Of a stretch of DNA of 64,000 nucleotides, positions 51,600 to 61,732 are shown piece by piece. This DNA is from Prasinococcaceae sp. CCMP 1430 (lineage: Eukaryota; Plantae; Prasinodermophyta). A program made the position numbers and the translations under genes. The DNA lies in the NCBI GenBank assembly GCA_013416795.1, contig RQSC01000125.1:8799-72798 (forward strand), given 5' to 3'. The notes beneath the pieces were generated by a model. That model saw nothing but the letters and a program-made list of their open reading frames with translations. It did not search any database and had not been told where the DNA came from. The stretch's first letter is position 1. Every line of letters starts with the position of its first letter.

Positions 51600-53723
51600 T
51601 CACTCGTCGCGCGCCATTGCGACGGGGTCGGTGACGAGGGCCGTCGTGGAGTGCCGGGGCGCCGCCCGGGCGCGCGGGTGGAGGGCCTCGGGCATGTTGC
51701 TGCACGAGCGCCTGTCCCGGTGCGCGGCGGGGTCCCTTGAGACGCTCCGGCGTGAGGGAGAGGCGCCATTTTCCCCCTGAGTCTGCGCGAAGGCGCGTGC
51801 AGCCCCCGCGTGACACAGGTCGTTCAAGCGCATCTGCCCGCCGTTTTGAGCCTCCTCCACGGACATGCGCGCAGACGCCGATGAGAGCGAGGTGCGGGTG
51901 TCGCTGACCAGCCGGAGCGGCGACTCCATGCGCGAGTTGCGAGGCTGCCGGCCGAGGGCAACGCCGGCGACCAAACCGCCTCCAGAGGGTGGATTCCCCG
52001 CGCTTGCTGATGGGCGAAGGCTGGGCGCGGGCGCCGACACTTCCGGCCCCGCGAGGGCCGCGGCAAAGTCGGGGACCTGGCGCACGGGCACGGCGCCGTG
52101 CGCCTCGCCTTTGCCGTCACTCGTGCTGACCTTGCGCAACCCACCCGAGGACGGCCGGTCACGCGAGCGCCGCGGCTGTGGGTGAGACGGGTGCGAGAAT
52201 GTCTTCGAGCGCGTGAGGTCCTGCGCATCCATCGGCGGACGCCCAGGATGCGCTCCGGTGACGTTGCCCTCCGCTGCGATCGCGCCGCTGGATTGCCGGC
52301 GGTGCCGGCGTGCCGCGCCCTCGCTCCTCCCGTTCGCGTGTGGAGCGTTAGCGTCCCGCAGGCGCGCGTCCCCGTTTCGGCGATGTGTGGGCGCTCGGCG
52401 TATCGGTATCGCCTTGTGCGAGTCCGGCGCCAAGGGCATTTCGATCGGATCCGCCATGCGCGTCCCCCGCGAGAAGTACCCGTGCGCCAGCGCCTCGCCG
52501 GCGCTGCTCCGGCGACTCGAGTCGTACGACATCAGCGCGCGCACCAAGGCCACGGTGGGGGCCTCGAGGCCTTTCTCGCGCAGCACGCTCTCCAACCTGT
52601 CGGGATACGAGCTGGGCGGCCGCATGAGCATCGCGTCGCGCGCGTAGCCCGAACGCGCCATCGAGTCCCAATAAGACTCCGGAGGCGTGCCGCACAGCTT
52701 CCATATTCGATGCAGCTGCTCCACCTCGGTTCTGCCAGGGAGCATTGGCCGCCCCACGACGAGCTCAGCCAGCATCGCGCCCACGCTCCACATGTCAACC
52801 TCGGAGCCGTACCTTGTCTTGCCCAGAAGCAGCTCGGGGGGGCGGTACCACAGGGTGATCACGCGGGTTGTCAGTGGTCTCAGCATCGTCTCAGACGCGT
52901 CGAGCTGGACGGCCAGCCCGAAATCGGCGATTTTGAGCTCGCCTTGGTTGTTCACGAGCAGGTTAGACGCCTTGAGGTCCCTGTGGCACACGCCCATAGA
53001 GTGGATGTACTCGAGCCCCCGCAGCAGCTGCAGCATGTAACGTTTGATCTGGCCTTCGGTCACGGCCGACCCGCGCGTGCTCCCCATGAGCGCCTGCAGG
53101 TCGTGCGGCAGGTACTCGAAGATGAGATACAGCGCGTTGGGCTTTCTGCTGGCAACCACTGCGCGCAGCTCGACGATGTTCTCGTGGCGCAGCCGCGTCA
53201 GGATTCGCACCTCGCGGCTTATGAACGCGAGCGCCTCGGCGTCGAACGGATCGAATTGCACCCTCTTCAGAGCGACCACTTCGCCTGAGGCTCGGTCCAC
53301 GCCCTTGTACACGATTGAATACGTCCCCTCTCCGATCTTGGCGACTCGTTCGAAGTCGTCAATGGAGCGCAGCGGCTGCCGTCGCGACGCGGCCACCTGG
53401 CGCGCCAGCGAGGCGAGCCAGCGTGGCCAGCGCGACACATCGGCGTCCAGCATGGGCGCCACCTTGCTCATGCTCCCGCCAGCGCCGTTGCTGCCGCTTC
53501 CCGGCCGGCTCCCCCCGCTGCTGCTGAAGCTGTTTCGCCGGCTGCCCGCGCGGCTGCTTTCATGACTGCTCGGGTGGCTCCCTTGGCCATCGCCCCCAGC
53601 CGCAGAGAAGCGCTGCTTTTCGCCCTGCCAGGTTCCCACGTGAGCGGCTTGCTCCTTCCCCGGCCTCTCTGCATGCTGCTCGTCGCGCACATGCGCTGCG
53701 GCCCCGGACGCGCAGTTTCCCAT
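51600..53723 (-). CDS. Cyclin-dependent kinase-like Ser/Thr kinase (plant CDKC/CKL-like) with MGNCAS lipidation motif
   Basis: WPRWL, KIGEGTYSIVY, VALKRV, REVRIL, FEYLPHDL, HRDLKASNLL, KIADFGLA, VITLWYRPPELLLG, DMWSVG, EVEQLHRIWKLCGTP. Confidence 0.94.
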   Translation of the reverse strand: MGNCASGAAAHVRDEQHAERPGKEQAAHVGTWQGEKQRFSAAGGDGQGSHPSSHESSRAGSRRNSFSSSGGSRPGSGSNGAGGSMSKVAPMLDADVSRWPRWLASLARQVAASRRQPLRSIDDFERVAKIGEGTYSIVYKGVDRASGEVVALKRVQFDPFDAEALAFISREVRILTRLRHENIVELRAVVASRKPNALYLIFEYLPHDLQALMGSTRGSAVTEGQIKRYMLQLLRGLEYIHSMGVCHRDLKASNLLVNNQGELKIADFGLAVQLDASETMLRPLTTRVITLWYRPPELLLGKTRYGSEVDMWSVGAMLAELVVGRPMLPGRTEVEQLHRIWKLCGTPPESYWDSMARSGYARDAMLMRPPSSYPDRLESVLREKGLEAPTVALVRALMSYDSSRRSSAGEALAHGYFSRGTRMADPIEMPLAPDSHKAIPIRRAPTHRRNGDARLRDANAPHANGRSEGAARRHRRQSSGAIAAEGNVTGAHPGRPPMDAQDLTRSKTFSHPSHPQPRRSRDRPSSGGLRKVSTSDGKGEAHGAVPVRQVPDFAAALAGPEVSAPAPSLRPSASAGNPPSGGGLVAGVALGRQPRNSRMESPLRLVSDTRTSLSSASARMSVEEAQNGGQMRLNDLCHAGAARAFAQTQGENGASPSRRSVSRDPAAHRDRRSCSNMPEALHPRARAAPRHSTTALVTDPVAMARDE

Positions 53724-53946
53724 CGCGCGCGCGGGCAGGCGTGCCCCTCCTTCGGCGACCAGCATCAGGAGGCAGTCATGGCGAAGCTCATTGCACCTTG
53801 AGCCTCGACCAGGCCGATGGCATCAACTCGGAGGCGCTGGTGGCGCTGCCAGAGGCGCCGGCCCGGCCTTCGTGTTCGCGGCCGACGGCGCCGCCGAGCA
53901 GCCGAGCGAGCCACCGGCCAACAGACGTGAGGCAGGTAGGACACGC

Positions 53947-54000
53947 TCCTCTCTCTCTCTCTCTCTCTGCCTCTCTCTCTCTCTGTCTCTCTGTCTCTCT
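53947..54000. repeat. (CT)n-rich microsatellite upstream of the kinase
   Basis: Direct reading of the sequence. Confidence 0.8.
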
Positions 54001-54579
54001 CCGGTCGCGGGCGCAGGCGGCGCGCCGCGCGCCGCGTGCGCGACTGGCGCCCCGCCGACGCGCGGTTTGATTTTGATGGCCGTTCCCCGAACCCGCACCA
54101 TCCGCGGCGCGCGCGCAGATTTTCCCGCGGGCGCGCAACAGGAACAGGTCGTCGCGAGGAACGCGCGGCGCATCGCACCCGTCGATCGACGGCTGGCATT
54201 CGACGGCGTCCGTTCAATCGACGTGCCCGCTCCGCTTGGTCGGAGATGTGGGGGCGGGCCGAGCGAGCGCCTCCCCCGCGAGAGTCCAGTCGAGCAGCAC
54301 GACCACCGACCGACCGACCGAGCGACACAACAGGCTCCGGGCGGCCGGCACGCGGCCCACACCCCCACCTCGTCGGCCGGAGTCCATCTCGCTTACCAGC
54401 TCCAGCTCAAGCGAGTCCAGCCCCACGGCGGACTCCGTCAGCAGGCTCGCGCTCGCTGGCTGGTCTGAGATGAACCCTACCCCTAACTCTGCGCGTTCGC
54501 GGGGGGGCGTCAAAGCCGCGCGGATCCACGCTCCGCGCGGCGCAGCGCGCCGTCGCGTCCGCGGCACGCACACCGTCAG

Positions 54580-55105
54580 TCAGATGGTGGGTTCGTACAC
54601 GAGGCTGTTCGTGCTGACTGAGGGCGCGCTGAAGCCCAACCCCAACCCCGCGGTGTCGTGGGCACCACCACCACCCACATACTGTACATGGACATGCGTG
54701 CCGTGTGTGCGTGTGGGTCGGTCATCGCGACTGTTGGCACACTCGAACAGGCAGGACACACCCCAAAAAACGTGTGGTGAGCAGCAGCCCCGCGCGGCGG
54801 GCGCGCAGCGGGTGCGGATTGATGTGGTGAGAAGTCGCCCGTGGGTGGGTTTGGGGCCTCGGGCGTGGGCTCGTCCGCGGCGGTGGGCGACTTGGTCGGC
54901 GACTTGGTGGGGCGGTCCTTGGGAGGCAGCGTGGGCGCCTTGGTGGGCGACGCCGTCGGGAGCGCCGGGCAGTGCGTCGGGCCCACCGCATCGCCGCACG
55001 AGAAGTACGACTTGCGCTCGCAGCCGGCGGGCTTGCAGAAGCACTCGGTGGGGTCGACAGGGCCCTTGCCCGGCGGGCCGCCGCACTCGACCGTGGCGCC
55101 CTCGC
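54580..55105 (-). CDS. 3' fragment of a Cys-rich, PT-repeat (mucin-like) protein, truncated at N55106
   Basis: ECGGPPGKGPVDPTECFCKPAGCERKSYFSCGDAVGPTHCPALPTASPTKAPTLPPKDRPTKSPTKSPT with strong GC3 bias. The terminal exon is inferred. Confidence 0.55.
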
Positions 55106-55197
55106 NGCGTGCGCGTCGCCGGAAGCTGCGCGCCGCGCGCTGACGCGTCACGCGCCGCGGCGGCGCCGGTTGCGATGGCGCGCGCGCGCGCGCGCAG

Positions 55198-56997
55198 GCT
55201 CCCATGCTCATCAACGGCGAGTGGGTGCAGTCCAAGACGAGCGAGTGGATCGAGGTGCGCGACCCTGCCACGCAGGACGTGCTCTCGCTCGTGCCCGAGA
55301 TGACTGCCGCCGAGTTCGACCTCGCCGTGCGGGGCGCAAAGGACGCCTTCCCCGCGTGGCGGGCGACGCCGCCGTCGCAGCGCGCGCGCGTCATGCTGCG
55401 CCTGCAGGAGGCCATCAACGCCAACATGGACGAGCTCGCCGCGGCGATCACGCGCGAGCAGGGCAAGACGCTCGCCGACGCGCGCGGCGACGTCTTCCGG
55501 GGCCTCGAGGTGGTCGAGGCCATGGCCGGCATGCCCTCCCTGCTGATGGGCGAGCTCGTGGAGAACGTCTCCAGGGGCATCGACACGTACTCCATCAAGC
55601 AGCCGCTGGGCGTCACCGGCGGCATCTGCCCCTTCAACTTCCCCGCGATGATTCCGCTGTGGATGTTCCCGGTGGCGCTCACCGCCGGCAACACCATGGT
55701 GCTCAAGCCCAGCGAGAAGGACCCGGCGGCCGCGATGATGCTCGCCGACCTCGCGCTGCAAGCGGGGCTGCCGAAGGGCGTGCTGCAGATCGTGCACGGC
55801 TCCAAAGGCTGCGTCAACGCGCTCCTCGAACACCCGGACGTCAAGTCGATCTCCTTCGTGGGCTCGACCCCCGCGGGCAAGTACATCGCCACCAAGGGCG
55901 CGGCGCACGGCAAGCGCGTGCAGTCCAACATGGGCGCGAAGAACCACGCGCTCATCATGCCCGACGCGGACGTCGCGCAGGTGGCGAACGCGCTGGCAGG
56001 GGCGAGCTTCGCGGCGGCGGGCCAGCGCTGCATGGCGCTGTCGGCGGTGGTGGTGGTGGGCGACGACGCGCGCGTCGACGCCATCGCGGGGGCCGTGGCC
56101 AAGCTCGGCGAGGGGCTCAAGCTCGGGGCGGGCAAGGACGACGGCACCGACGTGGGTCCGCTCATCACTCCCGAGGCGGCCAAGCGCGCCGAGGACCTGA
56201 TCACCGAGGGCGAGAGCAAGGCGAGTGCGCGCGCCCTCAGCGTGCGGCGTCGCTACCAGCCTCCCACCCCCCCGCACACATGCGCCCTCGCACGCGTGCA
56301 TACACATCCCCCCCGCGCGCACTGCACTGCACTGCACTGCACTGCCGGGTGTGGCGCTGACCCAGCCAGCCGCGCTCGCCGCGCTCGTGCTCCGCGCAGG
56401 GCGCCAAGGTCGTCCTGGATGGCCGTGACCCGAGCGTGCCTGGCTACCCCAACGGCAATTTCGTGGGGCCCACCTTGCTGTCCGGCGTGACCACCGACAT
56501 GGATTGTTACAAGGAGGAGATCTTCGGCCCCGTGCTGGTGGTGCTCCAAGCGCGTGACATGGACGAGGCCATCGCGCTCATCAATGCCAACCCGTACGCC
56601 AATGGCACCGCCATCTTCACCACCTCTGGTGCGGCCGCGCGCAAGTTCCAGCACGACATCGACGGAGGCATGGTGGGCGTGAACGTGCCCATCCCCGTCC
56701 CGCTGCCGTTCTTCTCCTTCACGGGCAACAAGGACTCCTTCCAAGGCGAAAACTACTGTGCGTGCGCTCCCCTCCTCTCGCCCGCGCGCCCGCGCGCTGC
56801 GCGCCCCTTCTCCTAGACCCCGTAGCCCGCAGCTGCCTGGCCGGCGCCGCTGACCCGGCCCCGCGCCCACGGCGTCGCCCTCTGCAGTCTACGGCAAGGC
56901 GGGCGTCAACTTCTTCACGCGGACCAAGACTGTCACCACCGCGTGGAAGGACGACTACATGACCAAGCCCTCGATGGCCGGCGTCGGCACCGGCTGA
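55198..56997 (+). CDS. ALDH6: Methylmalonate-semialdehyde dehydrogenase (ALDH6); 5' exon(s) missing; exons 55198-56220, 56400-56757, 56888-56997
   Basis: [113 protein letters not shown]. Confidence 0.96.
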
Positions 56998-57374
56998 GCG
57001 GGCGGCGGCGCGGCGCGCATCGCCGCGCACTCGCCGCACACGGCCCTCGTCACGGCGCTCGCGACGAGGAGGAGACCTTCGAGGTGCAGGGCGAGCTCGC
57101 GCTCGCCCAGCAGCACGCGCGCAGAGCGCGGAAACTGAAAAAGAAAGTTGCAGAACGCCTCGGCCAGCGCGCGCACGCCGCGCCGCTGCCGCGCCGCGGG
57201 GGGCGCTCGCCACAGCGAGAAGCGAGCGCGCGCCGCGCCGCGCGCCGCCGTCCGCGGGGGCGCGCGGGCTCGTGCGGGGGAGAGGGTAGCGCCGTGTGGG
57301 GTGTTGGTGGGGTGGTGGGTCGGAAGAGGGAGCAGGTTGGGGCGGGGCGCTGATCCCCCCCACGCGCGGGTGCC

Positions 57375-58842
57375 ATGGCGCAGCGCTCGTCGCAGCTCGA
57401 CGCGCTGCTGCTCGACAGCGAGCTGTGCTCGATGCTGTTCGACCAGCTCAGCGCGGTGTTCGCGCAGCTTCCCGCGGGGCGCGTCGCGCTGGAGCGATAC
57501 GCGCCCGAGGCGCGGCTCGCGCTGGGCGTGGCCATCTGGGCGGCGACCGTCGGCCGCGGCGGGCAGACGCCCGGGTACGCGCTCATGAACCTGCGCCGCG
57601 TCGCCGGGGCGCGGCGAGGCGCGGACGCGGTGGGTGGCGGCGCGGTCAGGCGCGCCGCGCGAACAGGTACGGAGGGCGCACCGCTCGGTGCCGCACGGCG
57701 GTACGCGTGGCTTCTCAGTGCCGTCGTCGCGCCGTGGGCGTTTGCGCGTGCGCGCGACGCCATGGCCGCGCGGCGCTGGGGGTCGCAGCCGCCCGGGAGC
57801 GCGCGGCGGAGGCTGTGGGACGCCCACGGGTACGCGGAGAGGTTCGCGAGCGTCGCCAGCCTGGGCAACTGGGTGCTCTTCCTGATGGTGCGTTTAGCCG
57901 CCGCCGCCACCACCGCGAGTGCGGCTCGCATCACTCGTGGGCTGCGATGTCGCGCGCGCAAAAGAGCGCGCATCCCCCTGACTCGAGCCACGCGCGCGTG
58001 ACTGGCGCCCATCCACCGTGCGGTACAGTGGGGGGGGTACCCGACAGTCTCGGAGCGCGTCGCTGGCGCGCGCGCCGTGCCCGCGCGCGCCGACGTCGGC
58101 CGCGCGCCCGACTTCGAGGAGCTCTCGCGCCAGCTCGTGTGGCGCGAACTCTCCGAGACCATGCTGTACATCCTGCCCGTGCTAAGCGCTCAGGGCGCGC
58201 GCGTTCGCGCGATGATGCGAGGGGTGACAAGCGCGGGAGGGGGTAAAGGGACCACGCTGGATGCCGACACCAGGTGTGCCCTCGCTCGCCGCCTGCGTGC
58301 CTGCAAGCGCCCGCTGACGTGCGCGCGCTTGCGCGTGCGCGTGCGTTTGTGCATGGATGCCTGTGGGATGGGGCATATGTGAGCGAGCCGACGCGCGTGC
58401 CCTGACGAGGCGCTCACATGCCGGCACGCGCCACGACGGCGCTCGGCGACGCAGGTCGCACGCGTCGGGATGCCCCGTTTGTGGTTCGGCGCGATGCGTT
58501 GCGCCGTACGCCGCTGAGCCCTGCGGTCACGTGTACTGCTACTACTGCTTGCGCGCGTTGGCCGCAGACGCAGAGCGACGCGGAGCCGGCGCGCCGCGCT
58601 GCGCGCGTTGCTTCGAGCCCATTGAAGCGATGCGCAGAAAGCTGCCGCCGCGCGTCGATGCCGAGGACGGCGAGGCCGAGGACGATACCCAAGCTGTCGC
58701 AGATGGCGTCAACGCGACGCTCGACGCCGCCCAAGCGGCGGCCGACGTTGATGCCCAGGCGCTCGCCCTCGCTGAGGCGGCGGCTGAGGCTCAGGGAGCG
58801 GCGGCCGTGGCTGGCGGCGAAGGCGGGGCGTGTGACGCATGA
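57375..58842 (+). CDS. PEX2: Peroxin-2 (Pex2/Pex12 domain + C-terminal RING), multi-exon
   Basis: SQLDALLLDSEL, QTPGYALMNLR, ASLGNWVLFL|WGGYPTVSER, FEELSRQLVWRELSE, CPVCG...PCGHVYCYYC...CARC. Confidence 0.92.
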
Positions 58843-59040
58843 CGCCGTCGCGCCGTGCCGCGCTCTTCGCCTCTAATAACTAATACACACGTGCGCCGCC
58901 ATTGCGCGCTCACGCCGTGAGTCCAGTAGGTTTCACGCCCTCGATTACGCGCGCAAAGGCGCGAGCCCGGGGGCGCGGTCTGGCTTGCTTGTTGCTGTGT
59001 GGACATTCGGCATGCAATGCGCACGCCCACGCATCATGCG

Positions 59041-59666
59041 CTACTCCTTCGTGTCGCCGTCGGCCCCATCCGTCTTGGGCGCGGGTGCGTCCGCACTCGC
59101 CTCGTCACCGTCGCCCCCGTCGCCCTCGAACTTCTTGAGGTACGGCTCAACTTCGTCGTAGGCGGCCTGCACCTTGTCCACGAGCGCCAAGCAAAGCTCC
59201 TTGCTCTCCTTGATGGTCGCCTGGCGCAGCTCGACCAGCGCCTTGGTCACCTTGTCGGCGCCCATGCTGCGCGCAGGAGGCAGGTGCGACGGCGAAGGAG
59301 GGGGCGTGCGCGCGCGGAGGAGGACGCCACGGGGCGCGCACGGGTCAGCCACTCGGTCGGGCGTGCTAGCACCTGCCACTCCGAGGGGAGCAGGGCGGGG
59401 CGCGCGCTCCGCCGTCGCTGCGGCGAGCGGCGCGCTCCGGGCGCTGCGGCGGCGACGACGCACTTTGACGAGCTCCCCTTGAACTGGTGCGCCGTGGCGT
59501 CAATCTTCTTCCACTGAGGGTCGTCCTCTGTGGCGAGCGTGCGGAGCTTGGTGGTGTGCTCGGCCGCGTCCTCCATGTATTGCTTGGTCACCTCGGCGAC
59601 GAAGCTCGGCCCGTCGGGGTCGTCGTCGAGCATCACGAGCTGCACGAACTGGTCGACGATGATTCC
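59041..59666 (-). CDS. Histidine-containing phosphotransfer protein (HPt/AHP-like); 5' part in gap; intron 59267-59463
   Basis: IVDQFVQLVMLDDDPDGPSFVAEV, DATAHQFKGSSS|NMGADKV (conserved phospho-His in HQFKGSS), LRQA...C. Confidence 0.92.
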
Positions 59667-61732
59667 CTGCGAGCGCGAGGCGAGCGCGGCGGGCGGGCTC
59701 GCTGGTCAGCGCGTCGAGTGACGGGCGTCCGCGGGCCACCGCGCCGCCCGCTCNNNNNNNNNNNNNNNNNNNNNNNNNNNNNNNNNNNNNNNNNNNNNNN
59801 NNNNNNNNNNNNNNNNNNNNNNNNNNNNNNNNNNNNNNNNNNNNNNNNNNNNNNNNNNNNNNNNNNNNNNNNNNNNNNNNNNNNNNNNNNNNNNNNNNNN
59901 NNNNNNNNNNNNNNNNNNNNNNNNNNNNNNNNNNNNNNNNNNNNNNNNNNNNNNNNNNNNNNNNNNNNNNNNNNNNNNNNNNNNNNNNNNNNNNNNNNNN
60001 NNNNNNNNNNNNNNNNNNNNNNNNNNNNNNNNNNNNNNNNNNNNNNNNNNNNNNNNNNNNNNNNNNNNNNNNNNNNNNNNNNNNNNNNNNNNNNNNNNNN
60101 NNNNNNNNNNNNNNNNNNNNNNNNNNNNNNNNNNNNNNNNNNNNNNNNNNNNNNNNNNNNNNNNNNNNNNNNNNNNNNNNNNNNNNNNNNNNNNNNNNNN
60201 NNNNNNNNNNNNNNNNNNNNNNNNNNNNNNNNNNNNNNNNNNNNNNNNNNNNNNNNNNNNNNNNNNNNNNNNNNNNNNNNNNNNNNNNNNNNNNNNGCGC
60301 GCGCGCCGCGCGCTCGCCGGCTCCGCTCGGCCGCCGACCCCTCCCTCCGCGTCGAGACCGCCCTCGGCGCGGACGGCACGCGGGGGGGGGAGGGTGCGGG
60401 GGCGCGCGCGCCGCGCTGTGGCACCCCCCTGACCTCCCTCCCTGCCCCCCCACACCCTCGCGCGCGCGCGCGCGCGCGCGCGCGGGCCCCAGCCGCTCCA
60501 CTCCAGGGTTAGTTAGGGGTTCGGACGTCAAAAGGCAAAGGCGACGCCGGCAGGGCCCTTCGCACGAACCGTAGGATGAACAGGCGCGCGCGCGAGGTCG
60601 CCCCGGCCTCGTCGGCGTTTTGGCAGGGTCTACGGATTGATGCGAACGCATACGGAGACGCGGCCGTCGGCGTCCGGGGCCGGCCGCGGCGGCGCGCGCC
60701 GCGGGGAGGTCAAAATGAATGTCTGATTGAGTTGCGGTCGAATGAAATGGGGTTTCTCGTGTGGACAGCACCTGCCACCACCCCCGCGCCGGTTCACTTT
60801 GACCTATGAAATACGGAAAGACGTTATTTAGACGTTGAAAACGTTTTATAACTTAAAGTGTATGAGGGTCTCCCATACAATCGCCTGCAAACACGAGCTA
60901 CGGCACTGACATCACAGGAGAAAAGGCCGTCTTCGCCCAACCGAGTGGCGAGGACGATTGATTTGACCCCACGAAAGAATCAAACCCCACCATCAACCGA
61001 AGGGTGCTTCACGTACATGTAATAGATGTGATGGTTTCCCTCAGCGCGGGGCGCGCCCGCTCCTCATCTGACATCTCGCCGATCAGGCGTTACCATCAGG
61101 ATGGTGCAGTACACTGGACAGTACGTACGGTAGTACTGCGGTACGCCTCCCTGATGATCGCCCGCGTTCAAAGTGACGGCATAAACCCTACTAAACCCCA
61201 AAGGCGGCGTCCGCGCGTCTCCGGCGCGCCGATCGCTGCGCGTCGCACCCGAGTATGCGCGCACTTATGCAAGTGCTCGCCCGTTTGTTATTATTATGTC
61301 GTTTTATTTGATGAGATGCCGAAGTGGCGCGCGCGCGGTAGTCGCTGGCGCGCTCGGCGCGCACGGGCGGGCGCACAGCGCGCGCGAGCGGCGCCACCTG
61401 CCACCCCGTTCCCCCCCCCCCCCCTCCACGTCGTCCCCTGCCCCGGGACGCACTCGTTCGTCCTCCGTACGGGAGGAGCGCGTGGGCGGGGCTCGCGGGC
61501 GGGGCTGCGGATTGCCGGGGGGCATCCGAGGGGCGCGATGGGGCGCAGGCGCGGCGGCGGGGGCGCGNNNNNNNNNNNNNNNNNNNNNNNNNNNNNNNNN
61601 NNNNNNNNNNNNNNNNNNNNNNNNNNNNNNNNNNNNNNNNNNNNNNNNNNNNNNNNNNNNNNNNNNNNNNNNNNNNNNNNNNNNNNNNNNNNNNNNNNNN
61701 NNNNNNNNNNNNNNNNNNNNNNNNNNNNNNNN

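Noticed and set aside
53760-54480. Possible gene or uORF between the kinase and the PT-repeat fragment
   Set aside because: No motif or codon bias; consistent with 5' UTR/promoter sequence containing a (CT)n tract.
60780-61060. AT-richer intergenic stretch considered as snRNA/tRNA
   Set aside because: No recognisable snRNA, Sm-site context or cloverleaf; no tRNA recognised anywhere in the window.
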